DNA of 64,000 nt from Lytechinus pictus (taxonomy: Eukaryota), in the NCBI RefSeq assembly GCF_037042905.1, contig NC_087245.1:9302001-9366000 (forward strand), given 5' to 3'. Position 1 is the stretch's first letter. Every line of letters starts with the position of its first letter. Below the pieces are notes generated by a model. That model was not told the origin of the DNA, made no database searches, and saw only the letters and a list, made by a program, of their open reading frames with translations. Both the position numbers and the translations under genes were made by a program. This document shows positions 53,091-64,000 of the stretch, in pieces.

Positions 53091-53840
53091 CTAAAGAGGA
53101 GGTTCAACCTGAAAAAACAAATTATTGTAAAATACATTCTAAAAAATATTGGGTAAAAATGTTCCATGAAGGTAGTTATGTGTCCAACAAACATGGGACA
53201 TTTTTTGGGGGGCATTTTTATTTATCCAGCGTGATGAAAATTTTGCCCATTCTAAAGTGACTACTGCTTATTTTCTAACCTTACCGGACAATATGCTTCC
53301 CGCATTGGGTAGAATACTGCCCCAAATTGGTTGGACACATAATTACCCTCATGCTAGTAAAAAAATACAAAATATTTTTTTACAGTGAAGCAGAGAAATA
53401 CAAAAATATTGGTGAAGGTTTGAGGAAAATCCATTAAAGATCAAGAAAATTATTAACATTTTAGGTTTTGAATTTTTGACGTCATAGCGGCTGTCCCACA
53501 TGTTATGTAATATAAAATGCATAAATTTCATTTTTTCTTAATGGTTCGTGATGATTTATTTTTGTTTTCTTGTTAGGAATGGGTGTGAAATGATTTTTCC
53601 ATTGATATACTGAAGGTACAGTAAAAAGGTAATTTTCGATTTTGTGAAAAAAATGACATTTCATCGACTTTTTGCCATTGTAGGAATACGTATCGCATAT
53701 AACGTCACATATCAAATAATTAGATTTGTAACAACTTTTTTTATTCTTTAATGGATTTTGGCAATATTTTGGCAATATTTTTTTATTACATTTCTGCTAT
53801 TTTTACAATAAACCTTTTGTCAGGGTGAACTTCCCTTTAA
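53091..53840. mobile_element. T2/Kolobok-type MITE carrying a nested insertion
   Basis: CTAA-AGAGGAGGTTCAACCTGA ... TCAGGGTGAACTTCCCT-TTAA; the left arm is split by 53135-53387 and resumes GCAGAGAAATAC...AAAATCCATTAAAGA, pairing with TCTTTAATGGATTTT...TTTCTGCTATTTTTACAATAA. Confidence 0.85.
53135..53387. mobile_element. CAC-terminal MITE nested in the T2/Kolobok MITE
   Basis: TA-CATTCTAAAAAATATT ... AATATTTTTTTACAGTG-AA; internal inverted repeat GGTAGTTATGTGTCCAAC / GTTGGACACATAATTACC. Confidence 0.82.
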
Positions 53841-56800
53841 GGTAAATTTCAATCAGACAATACAATAATTCTTAACTTTTATGTGGATTCTAGAGGGATA
53901 CCGAACAGTACAGACAATAGGTTCAAAGTCCGTATGCCAAGCCCCCTCCCACAGCCCCGATACGCATTCGATGTATCCACCCATCTATCGAGCAATACCC
54001 TCTCGGTCAACTACCCCTGTGCTACTAGGGGTCGGTCAGCCACTCCAAATTGCGGAAAACTCCCCCATTCATTGGAATACTAGCCTGCTCGCGTCCGATT
54101 TTTATCATGAAAACGCAATATAATAATCCCTAGCCCCTGGCAGTATTTATTCTGTACGATGTAGCCCGCTTTGCAACTCTCCGTATTTACCCCTTCATAC
54201 GTAAAAATTGTAGAAAACGCCATGGGAAGCACATTGGGAGGCAACGCCCCCTCCTCCACGACGCAAAGGGGGTTAAGTAGATTTCTTATATCCTAGAGGA
54301 TGGGGAGAATAGGAAGAAATTAATAGACAAGATAAAGATGTAAAACATCTACTGAGATGGACTGGAAGGTAAGGAGGATTACATACTATATGAGAACTGC
54401 ATCTCTTCCATATCTCGCTCTTCCACTTTTCCCTGTATTTTATCCTTTCCATTTCTTGCACTGTCTATACTCCACACATCTTTTTGGTCATTTCTCTGAA
54501 CATGAAAATAAATTCCCTGCTGGTCAACCCTCAAACTAAGCATAGAGATGACGTATATAACAAATAATTGCTTTGTTTCTTAATCAAACTGAGGTTTCCC
54601 ATACGAAGGATCTCTGCGAAATACGATGATACTATAAGGATTAGACCACTGCATTTGGAGTTAGCTGATGTTTCGCGCTGCTCAGTGAAACCCTTGAACA
54701 TTGTTATACGCGAAGAATCTCTAAGAAAAAAAAACTTGTAGGGAACAAGCAAATTGGAAGATTTCGCTTTCTCTTCCTTAACATCTACTCACCACCGAGC
54801 TTCCATCAAGATGGCAGGTAGCTCTTAAAGGGAAATTCTGGACTCTTTTTTTTTTCATGTTTAAAGATAGGCGCGCGAGTGCCCGGCTCGCGCCATTCCA
54901 AATCCCATCTCACTTTACGTCTCCACCCAGATAATCCTACCCCGAAAGAAACGATTAGAACTTCTTTGTTTTCATTAGATATGAGTAATCACGCTCACAC
55001 TGCCCTTTTATATTCGATTCCTCCACTCCCTCCCTCCATATATTTGTACCCCCCCCCCCCATCTTTCTCTCTCCCTCTCTTCCACTATTTCTATTTCCTT
55101 CCTCTCATTTTGCCTAAAATTCCCTAGAACGGATTTAAAACAAATTTCAAAGAAAAAAAAGGAACAGAAGTGAAGAGAACAGCCTTGCAGACGGTATCTA
55201 ACTTTCATTAAAGTGCGTCCTCTCCGTCTTTAACTCTTTTTTCGCAATTTACTATCGGACTTTGGCGCCAAACACCAACATCCACTCTCATTCCTGAACC
55301 TCTCCTGTCCGCCTAGAGCACCAATCCCTGACTTCATATCTCTCTACCAGCTTCGCTCCTCCTTTGAAGTAAACTGAGGCTATTCAGTGGAGACAACACA
55401 GACGACACGAAATAAACGGGACACCCGGTCTTAATCGGTAGGAGGTAAAATGAGAAAGGTTTAGGAAGACTATTCTTCCTCGGCCGTCCTTCTTTCTGTG
55501 CCCCAAAGAAATGTTACAGATTTCTTTGGTCCTGCAGCAGTTGATGAGAAGGATTGGATGCACGGATAACCCCGACAGGGTTGTTACACAGACATACAAG
55601 CACGCCACTCTTTTCGGTAAGAAATTTGAGCAGGAAACCTCGCTTTTTAGTCGATAGCAAAAATCGATAATCAGGAGAATTGAGAAAATCGAGTTACGTA
55701 CGATGTCCATGTAATTGGGTATCAGCGTATTCTGGTACACCTCGTTACGAAGACACGTGCTGAATAAACATCCAGATATACCTGAGGCTCTTCATGACTA
55801 TTCATATTATGCACTAGGTCCCTATTTTCCCTTTTCTTGTTTCTATATGATTCTGTCAATTTTTTGGAACTATAACAATGGTCCCAATGAAACGAGAGTG
55901 AAGAATACTGACACAAATGTTGAAATGACGTCACTTTAAACTTACAAATATCCCTTAGTTTATAGTGAGGGTTTTTATGTTAACATAATTTTGGTGGCAC
56001 AATTCACGAACAAAGTTTACTAACCCCCTCCCCAGTATAATTATGTTAAACCTGACTTTTGATAAGCCTAAATCTTCATCTAAAATATCACAATCATGTA
56101 AAGCTCACCATGGCCATTAACCAAAAGAGTGGTCTTGTCTTTCTCCTTACCCCTACATTGCTTTACACATCCAATATCTTTGTGGATTTACATTTATCAG
56201 TTTTACTTATCAATGCTGATGGCTAGAAGAATATATACTCTGTGATCTTCACGGGCATTATAAAAGCCTGTCTGACTCTCAATCGAGAAAATTAACTCTG
56301 ATGGGATTCGAATCGTTGATCTTCTGATGGCGTAAGTAAGTGGCTACATAACCTACAGGTCTTAACTGAACCTGAAAATAAACTCCTTCTTGAGTGTTAG
56401 TGGCTAGAGTTTGCCTTTAGACAGCATCGTCTACTGATACGTTTCTCTTCCCCGTGGGACAAAATTTGTCAAATTGAGAGTATCATCTTCCTAAAGCCAG
56501 ATCTGAAACTACTTTTTAAAATGTCCTCACAGAATTGTGGCACTCTGCCTTGTGTACATCTCCATCTAATTTCTTAACGATTTTTGTTTGGCTCTGCAGC
56601 ACAAGTGGATGCAAAGGAATTGAAAAAGAACTTTGTTTTCTATGAAAAAGAAAAAGATGAAAATTGTTTTGAGAGCCTAAATGAAATCTGAGACGGGTTT
56701 GCTACTTCCCGGACTCTTAGAATTGATCCGACCATGAAAGCAACTCGTGACTTGAGTTACATTAAAACAGGTGAGAGATTCCCACAAAGCTCCAAACTTA

Positions 56801-59800
56801 AAGAAATGAAAGAGTCGGAAGAAAAACTCCCCAAACCCCGCCAGCTAGTAGTGTCATCTTTCTGTATATTCGGTAGAAGAATCCCCTACAACTACTCTTC
56901 ATCATTAAATGATATTTGTTAGCTTTGTTACACAAACAAATATTTTTTCCTCTCTTTCTTTCCCCTTCTTGTTGTAGGGAAGGGTAAAGCAAAGCGAACT
57001 CCCACGAGAAAGCTTAGTATTTTTCATTTAGAGTCTACCTGATAGTCTCTTATTGGCGGTGTTACAGCCGTGGGGTATAGCAATAGAATACATGTATGTA
57101 TACCTTACAATTTATATTCTTATTACTTTCATATTTCGCGAAAGAGGATAGTCTTTCTTTTCCCGCTGTGATAAGTATTGCAAGATAGGGATAACCCGGT
57201 ATACGTTTGTATCCCCGAGCCCACGTCGAATCTTCTAAATCGGTTCGATTTCATATCGTCCCCATCCTCCCCATATTTTCTCCAAATGTGCTCAATTTCG
57301 CGCCCATACGAGCCCCTCTTTTTGCAGTAATGAAGTATACAATATCAATATGATGTGGCAATCTGTTTCATAGCTATGTCTTAAAGCACTTGGACACCGG
57401 TAGGCGGATAATGAAGTGCTTACGTATAAAAAAAGAAACTTTTCCTTTTGTTACAAATATGTCGATTTTGAGTTGCAGTTAGAACGGCTATAAACGCCAA
57501 ACGGAGGAAATCTCTTAAGTCTCATTATACTTATTTTCAAACTGTTTTTATTAAAGGTCGATGTAACATAACACATATTTAACTCTATTACATATAAATC
57601 TGTCTTGCATTTTCTCTTATTGATTTTAGTTCATTTGAGTTATGAATCATTTTTTCTTTTAATATGTGGCCATCAGAATTGGGGACAAATTTCAATATAA
57701 CGAACCTTTTTTTTTAACTTCTGCTCTTCTCTTTTTCGGATATCTGCTGATGTTTTTGCTAAACGTAATGCCGCGATCTTTTTCTGTCCAGATATGCGAC
57801 CAGATGAAAACAAACACAATGACGTATGAAGAAAAGCAACATTCACAAAGGAAACATTAACACTTTGGATTAAATAGGTATCAACTCTACATGCATTGCA
57901 TATTTGTGAGGCATTATGGAAGAAAAGGATGGATGAATGCCTTAATTCGGATTTCTTCATTCTCAGTTAACCTCAACCCGGTCAATGGTAGCATGACCTG
58001 TCTCCTGTACTTTTCTTCCAACAAGCAATGTCCAGATTGATTGGCAGTTAATACCAAAGGCATCGCTAGAGTTTAACCAACACAAGTGATGGGGGATTCT
58101 TGGTCTATCAAATAGGGTTGATGCATTGTAAATGTCTCATCACCATCTCGAACATATCTCGTAAGGGTTATAAGTGTATCTGGATTTTCATGTTTGGTTG
58201 ACGTCTTAATTCATCTATTTTTTATTATAAAAGAATGTTTTCTTCCCCATTACTACTGTATTACGATTTACCTCCAAATTTTGCTTGCTATCTACAGGCG
58301 TTATCCCAAGATCTCCGTACCATGTTGTCATATCAATAACGTTAGTTAATTAGTTAATTGATCCAGAGTAACGGACGGACATTTAATTGATGCTGCTTGC
58401 TAATTACAGGCCTTTGTCCCTTTCCCCAGCAACCTCATTAAAAAATATGTTCTGCAATATAGATTCTAATTAGTAACGAGGGTGGGCGGGAGGCAGATAT
58501 CCTCTGAGTCTTCTTACCATAACTAAGCTGTGAACCTTCATGAGCACGTATCAGAGGTGACTGCTCCATTACATAATGGCACGTCCTTCTATACAGACCT
58601 AACCCAGACACTCAGGGGTCAGGTGTACTTTTTCGGACGGGGCCTGATCTACGGATGTTCTAGAAGATTTGTTATAGAATATCGGAAACCGTGCCAAAAC
58701 TCTCACTGTTTCACAATGAGACAAAAAATACTGTCGAAAAATTGGATTGTAGGGGATTGGTTTTCTCTTTCGGGGGGGGGACCGTCCTAATAATAAAACA
58801 TGGACCATCTCTTTACGGAGGGGGAGGCTCCTGATATTACACGCATAACGGAACATGGACCTCCTCTAACGTACATGTCAATCAATACGAGATCAACATG
58901 GCGTTACAAAGGTTGCCATGTTCTTAATCCATTTTTCTCCTCCCTCGGTAACAATACCTAACGTTTCAAATGCCAGTGCTCAACCTTGCTGATCGGCCTA
59001 ATCAGCCCCGCTCTGGAGAGTTATACTGCGCCTGGTGGTTTCCCCCACCATTATCCGCCCCTTTTGTCCTTGTGTGCGCAGAGCAGCGATTCAAAACCCC
59101 CCTACTACTAATACGGCTTTTCGTCTTGTTTACGATCCATGACAGAAGAATAGCACCCGAACAATGAAAGAGATACTTACTTGGGCCAGACAGATGTCAC
59201 TTTTAATTATGTTCTCGCAGGTCATGTCCCGTTAGATGATTTGGTATGCATTGTCGTATGGGTTTGTCTGATCGACTTTCTTCAGAAGACTCGTAGGTTG
59301 CCAGACTTACTTCTTTCGATGTGCTTCGATAAGCTAGCTACAATGTCTTAAATATTCATGTAATATTTCTTATATCGTATAAGTTATATTCAAGAATCCG
59401 TCCGTGAGAATACATTCCGTTCAATACTTCAACCTCAAATCTCAAATGATAGAGGTCAGTCACCTTCCTCGGCGGACATTTAAAAGTTGATCTTATCATT
59501 ATTATTTAATGTGTACAGCTTTATCTACCAACTCATACCACAGAGGAGCACTCAATATTCTTCAAACTGTCAAAAATAAAATTGTTAGAATATTTCTACA
59601 CACATGACAGATTAAATTTAACCCCTGATCCTATAGCATCTCGCCCTTTGCATTAAGAAGAAATAAAACTATAATTTATATCATATGATGAAGGGGAACC
59701 ATGATCTGGTAACTCTGTTAAATGTTTACGTTTTCCTTTTTCTGTTCTTTGTTTCAATATGCATTCATTTCATTCGTATAATCAAAGTAATTCCAACATG

Positions 59801-60639
59801 ACTGTATACGGAAGAATTACATATTTAGGCCAATAGATTCTCCTTAAATATATTGTACTCCTGTTTTTAAAAAAAGAAGAAGAAGACAGTGGGTAATTGA
59901 GCTTCAAACTTAAAACTGAAGACGGAATTAGCCCTTAAATATTAATCACAAGGTCTCTCAGTGTTTCATTGTATACAAAGAAACTTATTAATTAATGTAA
60001 ATGTATAACAGGTATCTAAAGTCGAATGGCGTGACAAGGCGGGCGCCATGACCCTCTCTCGGCTCGCCTATTCCGTTGAAAGCGCGAGAATGTGCGTAAA
60101 ATGTACCCTCATTCCTCTGGACGTAGGTATCGATTTTACGAGTTAATCGTCCGGGAACGAAGTACTTTTACTTTTTTAATGGAATAGTTTTATCACCAGA
60201 CCCTCTCAATTGGATTAATATCCTTCGAAAAATTTATCAAATGAGCGATTGAGACAGAACTGGCATATTGTAAACGGCATAATAAAGAATATCGGAAAAT
60301 AAGTCGGTTTTCTTGCTGTTCAGTTATAACGTTTATATTTTCTTGTTTCATATGGAGTCTAGAAGTAAGACTATATTTCTATAATTATTTTGGTTATATC
60401 AATACTTTGCCTAATAAACCTAGGCTAGACATACGATGCGTGACATGTCTCCGTGTGCTCAGCCCTTCCTCTTCACTACTGAATAAGAAGAGTACCCTCT
60501 CCAAACACTCAACACCTACAAGCTAAAAAGCATCTCCTAGGGAAAAGATTGAGATAAGGAGAGGCAAGCAAAAGTAGTGTCCTCCTTTTGCATAGCAATT
60601 GCCTTGACGAAGCAACATCAGTATACTTTAGTCCTGCTT

Positions 60640-60960
60640 ATATGATGCGGTAGCGAGCCAGGCGAGTGTTGTAAAGCACCCTGCGTGTGCACTGGCAAAT
60701 GAGGCTGGACAGGGCTGGCGTAACGGACGGGGAGGGGTGAATGGCCGCATCATGGCCAACCACTCGCTCTCTTCGCATGGTAGCTCGTGAAATCATTCCA
60801 GACCATCATCGTCAGCGGAACGGTGCTTTCCGATCTCCGATACTTGTATCGCATCAACGTTTTCGTCTGATTTGCATGATGACGCTCACAGACTGGAGGA
60901 ATTGTTGCTTTTCGCCCCTCTTCAATTGTTGATCGAGTATAAAGATCTAGTTAGGTGAGC
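60640..60960 (+). promoter_or_regulatory. CpG-rich island ending in a consensus-like splice donor; possible alternative first exon
   Basis: GC-box-like GGACGGGGAGGGGTG, CpG-rich body, TTAG|GTGAGC at 60951-60960, then T-rich sequence. Confidence 0.28.
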
Positions 60961-63900
60961 GTTAAGACAAAACCTCGAGGTCTTTATAACCTTTTATATG
61001 TTATTTGTCGACAGGTTGTCTTTCTTTCACTGTAGTAATTTACTTCTCAATTTCAGTCTAATGGGTCTAATGTGAATCTTTCTGTCGGTTTCCAGTGTTT
61101 CTGAAAGGTTCAATAGTTTATCACTTTATTTTTTGGTAAATGATTAACCTTCCATTGGTACTTTTGGATGAAAAGTAACCAACTTTTTACCCCGCCACGA
61201 AAGTTTGTGAAGTCCAAAATTTTGGAATTAAGATAAAATATCTTTCTTTATACCATTGATGCCTTTTTTTTACTTTATCACAATAATTTATGAATTTCCC
61301 TGATGTCCATTTCTCACAGTGGAATATCCTTTATTCTAATTTCTTTATGCATCACAATAATTTATGGTGTTCTTTGATTTCGATTTCTCTCATTCAATTG
61401 TTCTTTATTCTAATATAATGATAATAATAATGATAATGCTTCTCATCCCGTGTTCTCCAAACCAAGGCTCATCAGAGGAATTCCCTTTCTCATGCAAGCC
61501 ATCTCTTCGTATGGATTTGTTTATTTAGTATACAGTCATATATGAGTACATCATCAAATATTGATCTTAAAACGTATTTGGGTTACAATGGCGCTAATAC
61601 TGTTTCAAGAGAAAATACCCGTATACATTTTTCAACACTATATCCTGGCAATCTTGATGATGATTTTAACGACTCTTATGACTATATATTAATATTTATA
61701 CCGATATTAAGATGGCATCTATCAAAACCATATTACCGGCATTATCTTTGAATTTAAACAAAACTATAGGATTATCATGATTATGATTTATGATGGTAAT
61801 ATTTACAATTATAGAAGGCCAAAGACGGTTGAAATTGATGACGTCTTAACTCCTGCTGGTTCCTCGTTTCTGTTATTATGGTGGTGTTTTTGTCGGGTTT
61901 TTTTTCTACTTAATGTTGTTGTTGAGTTCTACATTTTGAGTATAGCAAGGCTGCAGTAATATAAATCAATTCTCATTCGTTCACACTATGGAACACATTA
62001 GTTGGACGGAGTTTACAATCTTAAGTCATGACGCATGATTGTTGCGTGAATATGCTATTCTACCATACTTTGGCAAAAGGAGGCAGGTTACAAAAGTATA
62101 ATTTGTTGTTAATGAGCAACGTTTGTTCGTCATTTACATAGGCGTCAGTGCAATTTAACAGCATATTTTCTTCAATATCTTGCCATAGAACGATCATTTC
62201 TTCCCCAAATTTTGCCTGAACGTGCAAGATACAAAGGGTGTTTCAGAAACAAGAATAACACAAATTTGACTGATGTAACAATTGCTGCCTTATACCAAAT
62301 TTGGGCAGCATAGCTGTATGTATTGGATGATATCTTAATTGACATGATTGAGGTGGCGTACTATGAATATGAGAAGAATCCTATATACTCTTGCAAAGAA
62401 AATAGATACATTGTGCGCCTTATTTTGTGCAGCTTCACCGAACGTCTCATGAGCTCTATTTTGTAGAAAAGCAAAGGAGGGGAAGGGCAAATGAAACCAG
62501 TAAAGATGAAGATTTTGATTCATCAGGAATTGTGTGTCATTCAATATAATTATTCTGAATAACAAGTTTACTCGTCATCCAGCATGCTTCTTCTGCCCCC
62601 CCCCCCCTCCCCTCTCCCTCTCTCTCTCTCTCTCTCTTTCACTTTTTCTCTCCCATGAAGTACCTGTTATTTCCAAACACATATAACCACCCACTTGCTC
62701 AAATGCACGCACACATATTAATATACTTACAAATAATTATGATAATACTAACGCACTTCTTGTATAGCGCATATTAAATTATGTCATAACGTCCCTATGC
62801 ACTTCCAAAGGACTTGGATTATGGTTCGTCTCTTGTTCTTATATCGTAATCTAATTCGTGCTCCTATTTTTTATTATTAATTCATTTTTGTCTCTTTTTC
62901 CATTCTTTTTATATATTATTCTTAAACAATTTCTCTTCTCCCTTTATTGGTATTATAAGAGTAATCTTGATTATCTTTACTTATCTTTGCATCTGGCTTC
63001 CCTCCCTCTCTCATTTTTTCACGTCGGATGTGTTATATCTAATAGGTTGCCCCCCCCCCCTCTTCCACACACCCTTGCGCACATTGTTTTAGAGTTTATT
63101 CCACATACATTTGCCACTTTGTTCGTTCCACTTTCGTACCATCCTTCCTGTCTTTCCAACCCTCCCAATTATAATGGCACCAGCAGAGTTGGTAGTATGA
63201 TTTCTTTGCACTCATCGTTCCCGCACGAAAACCACTCAAAGAAATCATCAAATCGAAGGAAAACGATACAAAGCCTTTGATTTCTCTCTCCTTATCGAAT
63301 TCACTTCATATCCTCCTCTTCCTCCCCCACACGCTTTTTTTCTTTCTTTTCATTTCATCATATTCTGAGTAGTGGATGCATATCCCCAATCCGTTTGCCC
63401 ACAACGTTTTCAAGCCCGTTCCACTAGGGACAAATATTTACATACCGACGGTACTTGGTAAGCTTGAGTACGGGGCAATGTCCCGGTAATTACTCCGCCT
63501 CTGCCCGCTAACATATCTTAGCGACGTCTTTTCAGGTATATGGTCCCTTGCAAATTATTTTTCAGCTCTCATTGTTTTTATAGCATTGATATCCATCGAA
63601 AAAAAACATTTAAATTGTTTTAAAGACGATCACTAAGTAGCCTAATCACTCTGTGACTGTTGTCAAATTTATCATGACTTACCAAGATACTCTTGATAGC
63701 TTAATGCATGCTTTCAAACAATTTTAATATTTTTTAATCTTATTATCCAAATTGAATTGCACGTAAATGAAACTTTAGGTCTATCATAAAACCAAAGACA
63801 GAGGAAAGACTACATTAATCAGCAAACACGTGTATTCAAGTGGCCACGAATTGTTACTTTTTATCTTATCCAGTTTGCATCGAGATGGAGCCTAGTGAAT

Positions 63901-64000
63901 TTCTTATTTGCACATTATGATTATCATGTCACCCATTTCGCTTTTTACTCACTTTTACGCTTCTAGCATGTTTAGCTAACGCATAATTTTTCTCTTTTTA

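Noticed and set aside
56230..56365. Possible degraded minus-strand SINE head (GGGATTCGAATC); a similar relic lies near 30300
   Set aside because: Only a B-box-like word is recognisable, which is too little to define an element.

Overview
AT-rich eukaryotic (metazoan) DNA, not prokaryotic. The repeat families (DeuSINE, T2/Kolobok-type MITEs, foldback-type repeat, GC-rich CAGGGGCGG MITEs) point to an invertebrate deuterostome, most likely a sea urchin; this is an inference. I found no intact protein-coding gene. The ORF track is almost entirely spurious, except for fragments of a decayed L2-clade LINE reverse transcriptase. The window looks like a gene desert or giant intron: short GC-richer, regulatory-looking islands separated by AT-rich spacers and microsatellites, with a candidate promoter and first exon near 38.6-39.4 kb that ends in ATG CAG|GT. 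Most transposon DNA is concentrated in a nested block at about 13.7-18.7 kb, with further clusters at 23.4-25.8 kb and 52.4-53.8 kb. The most interesting observation is a 174-bp element at 49421-49594 (minus strand). It has a 7SL/Alu-like head, a Pol III B-box, a Deu-domain fragment and a (CA)n tail, and is flanked by TTAA(G). It is a candidate 7SL-derived SINE in a lineage where I know of none. All family assignments come from remembered motifs, not database searches.
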